A stretch of DNA of 64,000 nucleotides from Octopus vulgaris (Eukaryota), in contig OX597827.1 in assembly GCA_951406725.2 (NCBI GenBank), positions 38,440,001-38,504,000 on the forward strand, written 5' to 3'. Shown here piece by piece: positions 25,742 through 40,461 of this stretch. Position numbers and translations under genes: made by a program. Numbering within the stretch: position 1 is the first letter of the stretch; the number at the start of each line of letters is the position of its first letter. The notes beneath the pieces are model-generated. The model saw only the letters and a program-made list of their open reading frames with translations, was not told the DNA's origin and made no database searches.

Positions 25742-27864
25742 TTAAATCTGCTTATCTCAGTGTGTCTTGCTGTCAAATGGTTTCCATTTGGAGTTTGTAG
25801 GTGCATTGTTTTAAATTGTGTTCTGCTCTCTGTGCTTAAAAGACACTTTTTTCTCTCTCTTGTAATTTGCTTGTGGTCATGTGGTTTCTTCAAGTCTTCT
25901 TTGCAGCACCATGGTTTCAGGTTCAACCCTGCTGCATGGAACATTGACCAAGTGTCTCTGAGTGAAATTTAGAAGACAGAAACTAACTGTATGGTAGCCC
26001 ATGGTGCTTATTTACCAACCTCTAAATTAGATAAAAGGCATTAATTACTTAATAGTGATAATAATCTAACACAGAAACTATAGTTGGCAGAAAAGTTCCT
26101 GTTCATGATTAGCTGGTTGTTGGTTGACAGAATCCCTCACTTGGTTTAACTTGCCACTTGGTCCTTGGGCCATTCTGTTGTAAGCACTCAAGCTAAATAT
26201 CTGATCTAAGAATAACTTCCTCTTTTTCTCCCACTAGTTTAGAAGATCCTAAAATAATGTGCTGGGTACTGCCTCTTCTTTCTCTGATTTAACCATTAAA
26301 AATACTGTTGCTGTTACTACTACTACTACTACTACTACTACTATTATTACTAGAACCACCACTACAACTCACAGTTGTACGGTCAACAAGCAGTAGGAAG
26401 GGTGCAGACACCCACATTTTCAAACTATTATTCTAATACAGCTGACACTACAAACAGGATCCACATGGGAGTTAAATGTTGTTATTGAATGTTGTTTCTG
26501 TTTTTCTTTAGCCCCAGGTCAAACTTGACTGAGCAGACCTGTGATGAAAGGAAATCTAACAACGACTAACCTAGCCTTTTTGGTCATTTTCTTTTTCTTT
26601 TTATATTGCATATTCTAAGACTACATAATTTGACCTATCTCTTTTTTTTTTTAAAGATAGCAGCAGGTTGTAATTTAAGAGAGATTTACTTGTTGTTTTT
26701 AACAGGTTGGGTAAACAACATAGAAGCACTATTGTTGCCTTGTGCTATTGACAGTATTGACAGTTTGCTAATGGGAGGGGTTTGAGGATTTTTTATGTGC
26801 ATTTTTTATTATTATTATTATTATTCTGGAAAGTGATTTGCTAATAGATTCTTTCTCTGTTTCTTTTGAAAAAAAAACTGATACCAACAAGAGGGCTGGT
26901 GCAGTGCTAATTGACAGGAAAAGGCTGGATGTTATTGTATATGAAAAGAAGAATAGGGATACTCATGGAGCACAGACAAGCTCTAAAGGAATGTAAGCTG
27001 TTAGTTGTCTAATCCTGACATGTAATGGCATATATTTTGTATTGAACTGCTCTAAGCTCCTAATCTGTTGGGGCTCATCTTGCTCTAACAGAATATAGGT
27101 TGTTGCCTGAGGCTATATGTGAATTGATCCAAACAGTATAAAAATAAAGGGTTATAGAATCAGTAGAGTGTCCAGCAAAATACCTTGTGGTTTCTGGTTA
27201 CATCACTTTATGCTCTAAGTTAAAATCCCATCCGGGTTGATAAAAGAAGTACCAGTCAATTACTCTGGTCAACATGATACCCTGTTCCCTCGAAAACAGT
27301 GACAATACAGTGACTGTCACCTGGGAATGGATAGTCATATGTAGTGAGTTATTATTTATTCATTTTGTTATTTGATTGCAAGCGGTGAACAATGGCATTG
27401 TTGGTTACAGGTTTCCCAACAGGCATAAGATAGGTTCACAGCAATGCTGACAATGAGAATGACAAAGAGATTGTTTGGAACTCAACACTTGACGAATATC
27501 ATAAGGAGTTTTGCTCCAAAGGATGCTAAATTCTTTGCATTTCCTCATGAATGTCAATATCCTTTGCCAACATAGATCAGCAAAAGATATACATCTGTGT
27601 GTGTGTCTGTGTGCGTGTGTGAGAAATAGGCTACCTTACAAGTTTCCATCTACCAAATTTTTACTCATGAAGTATTAGTCAGGTCAAGAACTGAAGTGTT
27701 CTGAAAATTATTGCAAAAGGTGCCATCCAGTGGCATCAAACCTAAAGCTTTGTGGTTGTACAGGACACGTCATAACCATGCAATCATTGCATGGTTAAAA
27801 CTAGAATACAGATGGTTTCAAACATAATTGCATGAAAGTCAGTGATATACATCATGGTGTAGGG

Positions 27865-27900
<36 letters not shown>

Positions 27901-27957
27901 GTGAGTGGACAAGTGAAAGAAAAGGGCACTCAACACATTTAGTAGGACTTACATGTA

Positions 27958-28178
27958 CAGGGGGGGGGGGCTGAAATGTTCCTGCCTTTGGGTAAAAGAA
28001 AATACAGGAGGATCAGTTAATTATGATTTTATTCAACATATTCCCATCTCAGATCCACACACTTATTGCAGCAGTCCTTCACTTTTTTCTAATCCCTGTA
28101 AAAGAACTCTGAAGGTTTGTGCTCCAACCAGGCCTTTCACGATACCCTTAAAGCCAAGAACTTTTCAGCACCCCTTTG
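27958..28178. mobile_element. mariner-derived MITE
   Basis: TA|CAGGGG..GCTGAAA ... TTTTCAGCACCCCTTTG|TA. Confidence 0.8.
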
Positions 28179-29012
28179 TATTTAAGCCTACGAAACTTTG
28201 TCACATGAAACCAAACCAAACTGTTTTAAATGTTGTGTGTGTGCGTGTGTATGTGTGTGTACATGAACACACACACATATATATGCATATATATATATAC
28301 ACACACACATGAGCACACATACATTCATATATAAATGCACACATTCACGGATGCATGGAATTCATATAATAAATTGATTAGTTTTCTAGCAATTTAGCCC
28401 CAGTTTGACCTGGACTTGGCAGATTTATGATCAAAGGTATTTCCATCATGACCATCCCATCTGTTTGTCTGTCTTGGACCACATTGGCCAATGTGTCTGT
28501 CCTCGTTTATTTTTCTTTTAATAAAGTCACGTGTGATTTGTGGGAATGTTGTTGATATTTCTAGCAGGTCAAGCACCCATGAAAAAGGTTCTTTCATTAT
28601 TATACAATCATCTATGTAGAAGTCATATAGACTTTTGAATTGGACTTATCAATAGGCAGATGTTTGAGTCTTCAATACACAAAGATAATTACTCAGACAT
28701 CTTTATAATGTTACAGACTGTTATATAGTACTTATTCAAAGGCAGATGTTTTGATCTTAGATACAGGAAGTTGAACATAGCAATTATGAATAAAACTGTC
28801 AGTTGGTCATATAACAAAAGTCATATGATGGTTGAGACCAAAAACATTCGTGACTATACCTACAGTGAAAATATACATTCCAAAACCAATATTGAATGTA
28901 GTTAATTATTAATTAATATCAAAATTTCATTAAAAAGTTATGAACACAAGCTAGTCGACAATTCTGATTGTCATAAGATACCGAGTTATCTTCAAATTCA
29001 GTGATTTTAGAG

Positions 29013-29074
<62 letters not shown>

Positions 29075-29918
29075 GATAGATAGATAGAAAGATAGATAGA
29101 TAATGTGCCATTTACTGTACATACATAACTGTTACAGTTTGCAGTACCACTAAGATGATTTAAGTGCAGTTTTAGTCTCTCTTTTTTTCTTAATGAAATC
29201 TTTTGATGAATTTGGTTATAGAATTTTTTTTTTTTGCCTTTGCATATATAGAATTTTATTTTGCCTTTGCGTATATATGTGTATGTGTGCTAGTGTTTTA
29301 TTTATATATATATAGTTATATATCATTCTTAATGTATATACGCTGTTGACAGTCAAGATGTTGCAGTTTTTGTATAAGATAAAATCTGTTATAGGTGTGC
29401 TATGTTAAAAACAATATATACTGGAGGGAAATGAAAAATCATCCAGCCAGTAACTGACTAGAACGCCAAATGCTTAGCTTTGCATATGTGTGCGACATTA
29501 TGTGGCCTAATTTGAGGTAGGAAATGAATAATAGGTCTGTTGGACAAATTTGAATTATATATGTGTTGTGTGCCAGGTTTCTGTATTTCTGATTACACTG
29601 TAGACCTCCTCTAAGTCCTTCCTTTCTGCATTAAACAGGCAAATGTTACTGATATTTCAGCAAAGCTTCTATCACTGCAAGTATTTTAATTGTTTTGCAG
29701 GTAATTTATTTGCTGTTCAGCCCCCACCCACCAAATATTTTGTTCTCTTATGTGTAACATAACATAATGTGTTTGCATATACACACACTCACACACACAG
29801 ACAAACAAACAAGCAATCAATAAGGAAAAAGCAAAGATCTTACAGATGTTTCATAATTTCATTCTAAACTTTACAGCTGTTTCGGTGCTAAAAAGGCAAG
29901 TTTCATCATTCATATAAT

Positions 29919-29964
<46 letters not shown>

Positions 29965-30553
29965 AAAATGAATAATTAACTTAAATGTGATAGATAAACA
30001 ATTTTACCAGGAGATAAAACTGAAATGTGAAAAGGGAAACACTATTGTTGTATTATCTCACACACACACACACACACACACACACGTGTGTGCGCATACA
30101 CTGAAACATACATATAGTAAGGCATTTCTAGGAATATTATCTCATGACAAAAGTCATATCACTTGTCATATTGAATTTACATTGCAAATGAAGTTGTGTG
30201 TATGTATATATATATTATATGTGTGTGTGTGTGTGTGTATATATGTATATATATGTGTATATATGTGTGTGTGTTTATACACACATACATATATAGTAGC
30301 CTGTTTAGGCACAGCATATGTACCATTTCTTTCTCTAACATCTTCTAGTAAATACTAACATCCGTCCAACCATGCATCATGCTAACTAACTGACTGACCA
30401 AAATACTCACTGGTTCTGCGTCCTGTAGTACTAAGGGCCAATCTCCCCTCTGACATGTGCATGACAAAACTGTAGTTTGTTTCAAATCAACCGAAATCTC
30501 TCTAGTGATAATCTACCTTCTCTCTCTCTTTTTCACATTTTTTCTTTCCTCAG

Positions 30554-30571
30554 TGATTCCGGTTCTTGTCG
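30554..30571 (+). CDS. SMAD4: 18-nt microexon, (x)IPVLV(G), phase 1-1
   Basis: About 40-nt pyrimidine tract ending ttcctcag, exon TGATTCCGGTTCTTGTCG, consensus donor G|gtaagt; frame-preserving with no stop in phase 1. Confidence 0.7.
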
Positions 30572-30675
30572 GTAAGTCTTCGTTTAGTGTTGTTGTTGTC
30601 ATTGATGTTTTTCATCTTTTTCTTTCTTTTTTCCCTCTTATGTACTTAACATTCTCATCTTAAACCCTCATTATT

Positions 30676-30757
<82 letters not shown>

Positions 30758-30834
30758 TTTGCTCTTGGTTTATTCATCTGTTATTTTTGTAGTCTGGTGA
30801 GGTATTCTGAGGATGTGTTTAAATGTATTATCAA

Positions 30835-30870
<36 letters not shown>

Positions 30871-30951
30871 TTTGTGCTGTTTTTTCCCCTTTTGTGAGAA
30901 TCTCATGTGAAAAGTAGTTACAGAAGTAAGTCTGCATGTGTGTACACACAT

Positions 30952-31425
<474 letters not shown>

Positions 31426-31829
31426 GATTGTTTCTATGTATCGTTATATATGACAACAGTCAAGCATTATTTGAAGCATCACTCAGTAATAGTACATTTA
31501 AGTAGAGTATCAATTCAGTTTGACAAAGGAAAAAAGTTGACAGTGACTTCAAAGTTTAGCCTCACTCGCAGTTGTCAAACAGATTACTGCAACTAAGCCA
31601 AAATTCTGAAGCCACTATCAACCATTTTGCTTGTAAAAATATGTTAGTTTGTATGTGTGTACGCATTTAAGATTACTGATGAAAAATGACGTACTCGATA
31701 CATGTAGAGTTTATTTGGATAATGTTAAACATCTGTTTTTGTTTAGCTCTAGTCAACAAAGGTGTGGAAATGTTACACAAAATGTCTTAATCATAGGAGG
31801 CTTTTTTTTTCTTCTTAAAATACAGTATA

Positions 31830-32086
31830 GGTGCAGGAGTGGCTGTGTAGTAAGTAGCTTGCTTATGAACCACATGGTTCTGGGTACATTCCCACTGCGT
31901 GGCACCTTGGGCAAGTGTCTTCTACTATAGCCTCAGGCCGACCAAAGCCTTGAGTGGATTTGGTAGATGGAAACTGAAAGAAGCCCGTCATATATATGTA
32001 TATATATTGTCATATGTATGTATATATGATTGATTGATTGATTGATTCTAGTTTCAGCTTATGAGCTGTGGCCATGCTGGGGCACC

Positions 32087-32140
<54 letters not shown>

Positions 32141-32335
32141 TGTGTTTATCACCCCAACAGCGCTTGACAACCGATGATGGTGTGTTTACATCCCCATAAC
32201 GCAGCAGTTTGGGAAAAGAGACCAATAGAATAAGTACTAGGCTTCCAAAGAATAAGTTCTGGGGTCTATTTGCTCGACTAAAGGTGGTGCTCCAGCATGG
32301 CCACAGTCAAATGACTGAAACAAGTAAAAGAAAAG
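31830..32335 (+). mobile_element. SINE family A with internal microsatellite and a short inverted tail fragment
   Basis: GGTGCAGGAGTGGCTGTGTAGTAAG head; tail ATGACTGAAACAAGTAAAAG. Confidence 0.85.
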
Positions 32336-32973
32336 TAATCGACAATAGTTTATTACATTATTCAGATAAAAAGGAACTCTCAAGAATATGGTCATGTGGT
32401 ATGAGGTCCATGTTAGGGTCATTGTATTTGTTCAAGCTGAGAACTACGTTTTCATTTAAGACCATAGAATAAATCTCAATTGGGAACCTTAGTTTACACT
32501 AATAAAAGGTTACAGAATTGGTTAAAGGTCCTAAAATTGCCACTTGTTAAGAATATTAACTTGTTTTGAATTACAGGAACAGAAACTAACCATGTTAGTA
32601 GCATTAATATGCCCTGACTGACTTTGGCAGAGTTTGCAATAATTTTAGCTCTTATTAGGAATTAGAGGTTTAGTGTTACTTTTTTTTTCTTTTTGTTAAG
32701 GAATAGATCCATAAAATGAACCTTACTTTTAGATTTGTGAACACTAATGTTAAACAGAATGACTGTTAAATCTAAATAACACAGGGTGTAAATGTGAACC
32801 TTGTTAATATAGTAATGTCCTAACAATCCACTTTCACCACTGTAATAGCTCCAGATATAACTTGTATTCGCCACTTCCAGACTTAACTAAGTCATTTACT
32901 CATCTTAACATTCAGTTACTCATTTCCTAATATAATAATGAGCATAGTGTTTTAATATATTTGTGTGTATGTA

Positions 32974-33118
<145 letters not shown>

Positions 33119-34198
33119 ATTTGTCCAAAATCATAGAGTAGGAGAAAGAGTAGTATAAGTGAAGGGAGAGGAGAGAAAATAGTAATTCAGTGAAGAAGTA
33201 GTGAGAGTAATATCCCTGGCTGAGAGAAAGGGAGAGAAAGTAATAGCAATGAAGAAAGGAAGGGGTGAAAAAAATCAGTGTTTCAACTGTGTGTGTATGT
33301 GAATGCTTGTGTGTGTGTGCAATAAAAATGAGATGGTGAATGTTCAATACCGAAAAGAAAAATCAAACAGCGTTTCAACTCTGCTTGAGTATATGTAAGT
33401 GTGTGCATGTACAAGAGAAGTATGTGAATGTTTGTGGTGCTATTAAGTTAGACATGGCCTGGACCAATCTCTGATCGAAACATATCTAAGTTTTTATCTA
33501 AGTTTTATATAAAATACTACAATTAGCCATGATTTTTGATGGCACAGAGTCAAGCTAGTTTAACAAATAAATCCAGATCAAAATGTTGTCAGTTGGAATT
33601 TCAATTAACAAAACATATGAGAGGTGTAGTGAGTGCAGTGATAGACTGGAGTAAATACCTTAGAGTATTTAGTTTCAGTTATCTCTGTCCTGAGTTCAAA
33701 ATCCATTGGGGTCAATATGTTGCCTTTCATTGTTAGAGGAATCAATAATATACATGCTCATTGTTTACTCGGATAGCAAAGAGTCAATCATGTATCCTTG
33801 TGTCAATGTGAGTAACCAGTGTTTAGAGTAGGTGCCTTTCTGGAATTAAGCAACAGCTTTATTTGGTGCCAAATATTCTTGTGTCTACTTTTTGAGATAA
33901 TCTTTTGTTTCCGAGTAGCATGGTGGCACTATGCTTCTCTATTTTTGACCTCTGTCTGTGTATTGTGTGTGATGCAACGCAGCCTATTACTGCACCATTG
34001 ACCAGTAGCTGTCTCTTCCCCCTTCTTCCTCTTAGCTTCTGCATCTCACCTGTCTCTATTTATATATCTTGTTTAATGGTCAGTTGTGATTTGTGGTCAG
34101 TTGTTTGTGGTCCATGGTTTGTGGTCTGTTCAGTCTCATGCTCTGTACAATATGCTGGAAATATATATACTGCTTAATATATATATATATATATATTT

Positions 34199-34286
<88 letters not shown>

Positions 34287-35029
34287 AAACCAATGTACAT
34301 GCATATACAAATACCTATATACAACATACATTCACACACACACTCACACATGTGCACACATACACACATTTATAATTGTACATCTTTTGTTTATGCAACC
34401 TCAGATACTGTTTGCCCATTCAATCCAAGAATGTCAAATTTTTTATCTCAAATCTTATGCATGCCAAAGGAGAGGAGAGAAATATTGTCATACACTTCTG
34501 TGTGTGTGTATATATATATATGTATGTATATAGATGTCTTGTTCTTTTTTTCCTTCATGATTTCATGGTTTTTGTTAAATACTTTTTTCCTATTTACAGG
34601 TAACTTTTATTTTATCATTTCAAAATTATTTTTACTCTCTCAAAACAATAATGGTACTTGTGTATGTGTGAAAGAGAGAAAGAAACAAGAAATCTTTCTC
34701 AAGTTTAGTAGAAGTATATTTTGGTGCCATATATAATTACAATATAATATAGAAGATGGAACGATAACAATTAACTATGATGTTTATTTTTTTTTTTTAA
34801 TATTTTAATATGCATACCAAATTTAATACATGTACAGAGGGAGAGACTGATACATTAGTATTTGTATTTATGAATATATGTGAGTGTATATGTGTGTATA
34901 TTATATGTGTTCCAAGTTGTAGACTACAGTTTTGCACCTTGGAGATTGAACTTTAAGGACACATCTTTACAGTCAAGTGTCGTACCCTAGAATTTACTCC
35001 TGTTCTCACCAAACTTTTCATGCCCTCAT

Positions 35030-36220
35030 TCTCTACAGAGCTATACCCTGACATTTGGAAGCACACACCAGTGTGTTGCATTTCAAAGAAAGGCAGTGCC
35101 TCCAACCCAGCCAACTATCATCCTGTTGTTCTGACCTCATGACCATTAACATTGACTTTCTTCGGCACCTTGAAACACATTCTGTTGTCCTTGGCATCTC
35201 ATATGGCTTCTGCAGAGCCAGGTCCACTGGTAACCTTCTCTCTAATGTTATTCACCAGTGGGTTCTTACTTTAAAGAAGTTTTGTGAAAGAGGTTTTTCT
35301 CTGGACATCAAGAAAGCCTTCAGCCATGACTGGCATGCAAACCTCCTATCATAACTTCCTACCTATAGACCTCACACATCTCTCATCTATTAGTTCAATA
35401 GCTTCCTATCTGATTATACAGTTGCAGCAGGTGTTCACTGTGTTGTTTCTACTTCACTCGCAATCAACTCTTGTGTTCTTCGAGTTTCATTTTCTCACTC
35501 ATTGACTTGCCATTACATCCAACAGTATCCACTCTTATGCAGACAACATGACCATTCATTCTTCCTTAGCTGTTTCCAATTGTGCCATCATTCACCTACA
35601 GCCCAAGCACCACATGCCAAATCTGCACTGATTCTATAAACGGAGACCTTCAATAGGGCCAGCATTGCAACAGTGCTGGCCAGAAAAACTCAAAAACTAC
35701 TCATTTCCAGAAAATACCACAGAACACACCCCACTAAACATGATTGGCACTCAGCTGGAGCCATCACAGTCTCTCCAAATGCTGGACTGCACTGTCACCA
35801 AGAATTTCTCCTGGTAAAAGCACATCTTTAGCATAACTAGGACTGCATCACATAAAGTGGCCCTTCTCTTTAGGACCAGAAAATATTTTAGCTTCCAACA
35901 GCTTCTGTTAACTTTACAGGGCTTAAGTGAGCTGCATCCAGAGAAGGTCCACTCAGCTAATTGGTTTTCAGTCACTTACAAACATACTCCAGACAAGCAT
36001 CTCTTCTCCCTACCTTTTCTATTGCTACTATAGTAGCCTCTGATCATATACCTGCACTATTCAGGCACCTGTGATTCACTTTTGGTGCTTCCATCCCCCG
36101 CATCCCTAGACAAACTATTTTGCCCAGACCTTCCCAGTATATCAGTCCTTTGGAATCTTTTCCTTGTTCATGACTTTCCTGTAAGAGTTTAAATCAAATA
36201 TAAACAGCATTAAACTCACC
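35030..36220 (+). mobile_element. Degenerate non-LTR retrotransposon, RT region to 3' end (APE-type LINE, clade unresolved)
   Basis: SNPANYHPV, YGFCRARSTG, SLDIKKAF..DWHANLL and IHSYADN RT motifs in order, with stops and frameshifts. Confidence 0.8.
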
Positions 36221-36869
36221 AATTTGGAAGACCTGTAAAGATCAAGGCAATGTTTTCTCCTTCAGGCTCAACAACTATAAAAAAAAAGAGGGTGAAATAA
36301 AGAAAGGAAGTTTTTCTATGGTCATAGATTTTTTCCCTCCAACTGCCAAGCTTTAGAAACGTCTTCAATCTCATTGTTTTCCCCCTTCTTATGACCTGAA
36401 TTCTTTCCAGTCTGAAGTAAATTCTTTCCATTTCTCTTCATTTCTCCTTCATAGTCCCTAACATTTAGTGGCTTTTCCTCTTGTTTGCAACTTTCAGTTA
36501 AAAAACAAGAACAAAAAATGTGAAGGTCTCAGGCTGTGAGACTCCTTTGAACTGTTTCTATAAACCCAAGGCAGGCCAGACCAAGTATTGCTGCTAGCCT
36601 GTATATATTTTGTCTGGTGGTATCAATGGGAAAGTATTAGTTGTTGACTGTATTTAGATCCTTTCTACTTATTTACAAATGAGATAAGTGCTGTAATTTT
36701 AAACATTGTGATTTCAGAGAGTGTAATCTAGGTGACGCCAACTTGGTCAGATTCTATCCATCTCACCTCTTCAATCTTTACTCACAGTGACATTTCAATG
36801 CTGCATCACAACCCCATGAAAGCATACCCAAGCTGTGTAGATGTTACTACTGTTATTTTGAGCCCCATT

Positions 36870-37548
36870 AAGGCAACAAGCTGGCAGAATTGTTAGCACA
36901 CCAGGCAAAATGTTTAGCAGTATTTCACCTGTCTATGTTCTGAGTTCAAATTCCACTGAGGTCGATAAATTAAGTACTAGTTGCATAGTGTGGTTGATGT
37001 AATCAACTTAACCTCTTCGCCCAAATTTGAGACCTTGTGCTTCCAGTAGAAAGGATTATTTTGAGCCCCATGTCAGCCTTAATCTGGTAAATCTGTGATC
37101 AAAATGGTTCCAGTCACAGCCATCTCAACATTTTAGTTTTCATCTATTTATCCGCTGTTTTACTTGCTTTAGTCACTGAACTGTGGCCATGCTGGGGCAC
37201 CTTCTTGTAAGGTTTAGTCAAACAAATTGGTACCAAGACTTACTTTATATATTTTTTTAACCTAGTACTTATTCCATTGGTTTCTTTTGCTGAACCACTA
37301 GATTACAGGGCTGTAAACAGATCAACACCAGTTGTCAGGCAGTGGTGGGGGACAAACACAAAGGCATTCACCAACACACACACACATGCACATGAAGTTT
37401 CTTTCAGTTTCTGCCTATCATATCCACTCACAAGGCTTTGGTCAGTCCAGGGCCATAGTAGAAGACAGTTGCCTAAGTTGCTGCTGAGTGGGACTGAACC
37501 CTAGAGCACATGACTCAGAATCAAACTTCTTAGCCACACAACTGCACC
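36870..37548. mobile_element. SINE family B (+, 36870-37060) and SINE family A (-, 37157-37548)
   Basis: Family motifs as above. Confidence 0.8.
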
Positions 37549-37798
37549 CGAGTATTTATTTTTGTTTTTTATGACAAATGAGGGAGGTTCATTAAATCTC
37601 ATCATAGAGCTGATATTCCCAGCTTTTCCTAAGCTCCATAATCCTAGGAAATATACCCCTAAAAAATGTTTAATATCACACATGCAGTGGAAAAAGGTCA
37701 ATTTTCTAATTAATTATGTTCTAAAATTGAACCATGTACACTAACGTGGAATAATAACGTTCTTACTGTTCTGAAAAGTGATTTTCACAAAGTATATA

Positions 37799-37974
37799 TT
37801 GTATTTTAATGTGCATAAGGAAACCCCTAATTTTGGGGACTTAAAATTTGGAGAGAAAAAAAGGTTTTGTAAGGGATTATAATACTATCCACATATAAGA
37901 AACTCCCATATTTTTTCAGCCTAATTTTAGATTTAAATTTTAAAAATGGGTTCCTTATATATGTTAAAATACAG
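37799..37974. mobile_element. Tigger/pogo-like MITE
   Basis: Imperfect TIRs GTATTTTAATGTGCATAAGGAAACCC / GGGTTCCTTATATATGTTAAAATACAG|TA. Confidence 0.65.
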
Positions 37975-38046
37975 TACTTCTTTGTCACACCCTGAAATGC
38001 CATCTCACAGTCCCATTGGATTCAGGGTAAGCCCTGGTGTAGAGTG

Positions 38047-38118
<72 letters not shown>

Positions 38119-39092
38119 CATGAATTTCGAGATTCAAAACCTAGTATAAGAAAAGAGAAAAAAGGCCAAATGTTTACGGAGAAAAATAAAACCTTTGAAA
38201 GAGGAATTAATAAAAATACAAATTGTTTTTATTGAATTTCACTTTCAACTCAAATTTTTATACCATTGATGAGTTTCAGCCCTGACGTCATCACCCCAGT
38301 TAATTCTTTCTGATCTTGTAGTATACAAATAAGGTCGATCTTGTGTTTGTTGTGTTTGCTTTTCTGTTTCACATGGTCATTGACGTTTTCGTGTTAGTGG
38401 CGGGATGGTTTTACTGTCAGGGCAATTATCGGTGGGGCTGGGCGTCCCTTACTACCAGCATAGTGGAACAGATACAGTAGGCTTTCTCATGCATGAAAAA
38501 GGAAAAAAAACACTTCTTAAAATTGATCAACGGAGTTTATCCAAGCAGTTATGAAACAAACACCTTTTAAAGTGTTTAAAATCCACAAATCATTATGGTC
38601 AGTGAAGCCAAAAAGAAAAAAATGTGCAGAGTTATGTCCCTTGTTTAGTAGGGAAAATACGGGTGCTCAATATTGTAACTACGGTAGTGAGATTTAAATT
38701 TATTCGCCTTCCTACTGATGGTAGGGTCAGTAGACTAGCAGCTGAACATCAATACTGTGATAAAATATAATGTTCGAATATAAACCGCACGTTCGTGAGT
38801 TCAGATCTTAGTACAAGCCATTGTGTTGTAGGTTGACCATAGCAAGGTACGTAACTCTGTTTGCCTAACTAAAAAAAAAAGCTCAATTTTTATTTGTTTG
38901 GTGAGGTGTATTGCAGTAGAAAGGACATCAAGCTATAAAAACTTATTATTGCAATATTATATAAAAGCAAGTTTGGAAAGATAAATGTGTAACAGCAAAT
39001 ATATTGCATATAATTTACATGTGATATAATTTATAAAAACATTCATTCACGTGCAATGTGTGTATGTGTGTGTGTATATATATACACACACA

Positions 39093-39284
39093 CAGGGTGG
39101 CCCAAAAGTTATTACATAAGCACTTTAAATTTCATTTAATACATTTAAATTTCTATCTTATTGATTATTATATAAATTAGCATAGAATAATGATTTCATA
39201 TTTTTTTTATAATTAAGATCTAAACTGTTATATGAATACAAATGAGATAGTAGAATAACTGTAAACATACTTTTGGGCTACCTG
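39093..39284. mobile_element. Tc1/mariner-type MITE
   Basis: TIRs CAGGGTGGCCCAAAAGT / ACTTTTGGGCTACCTG. Confidence 0.7.
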
Positions 39285-39694
39285 TGTGCATGTGTGTGTG
39301 TGTATTTAAATACATACACACACACATCTGGTATGTATAATAATGAAGTGAAAATTGAGCAAAAGAAGAAGCTTCTATGCCAAGCAGTTCCCCAAACTTC
39401 TTGTTTTATATTCACAAGAGACATTAGAGAAAATGAAAACATTTTGATGCACTTTTGTGTTGAGTCAAAAATATATTTAAAGAAAAGAGTATTTAGGATA
39501 TGTTTAGCCTATGAATATAAGTACTTTAAACTGCAGAAAAATTGTATCAAGTACTTACATCTTTACTTAATAAATGAATCTTAGTTATCAGAACTTAATA
39601 GAATTGTTTTTCTTTTTATATTTTGATAAAATATAATTTTATCATTTTCACACTACACTTTTGTGCTACAACATCAAGTATGCATTTAGATGCA

Positions 39695-40385
39695 TACATG
39701 GCTGTGTAGTTAAAAAGCTTGCTTTGCAAGCATGTCATCTCAGGTTCAGTCACGTTGTGTGGCACCTTGAGGATATGTCTTCTATTGTAGCCCCAGGCCA
39801 ACCAATGCCTCCTGAGGGAATTTGGTAGATAGAAACTGCGTGGAAGCCCATTGTGGGTGTGTGTGCTTGTTCCCCACCCACCCCTGCTTGACAACCTGCA
39901 TTTGTTTGTTTACATCCCTGTAACTTAGTAGTTCAACGTAAAGGAACGAAAGATTAAATACCTGACTTTGAAAGAAAAATGTGTACTGTGGTCAGTTTGT
40001 TCAGCTAAAACCTTTCAGAATGGTGCCCCTGCATGACAGCAGTCCCACAACTGAAACAAATGAAAGATTTATACATTATAGTTCTGGATGTATTAGGAGG
40101 CAGAATGGTTAGTTTTGGAAAGCCTTTAATCTCAGGACTGCTGCAACAGGTCTGACCTGGAGATAAACAGCTGAAGAAACAATGCAAACATAGAAAACTG
40201 GACTAAATTTGACCCTGATTACCATACTTGTTACTGGCCGCTTTCTCCCCACACTCTATAAAAAGTCATTCATTCAAAAGCTTACAGGGCATTGTCCCTT
40301 TCTCTCATCATCCACCTGCCTTTGTGGATATTTTATTGTTTAGCCTTGAGTAAGACCAGATCCAGCAAATGTTATTACTCAGCCC

Positions 40386-40461
<76 letters not shown>

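Noticed and set aside
33983-34004. 22-nt candidate with TGC before the AG
   Set aside because: Frameshifting, with a weak donor (gtagct)
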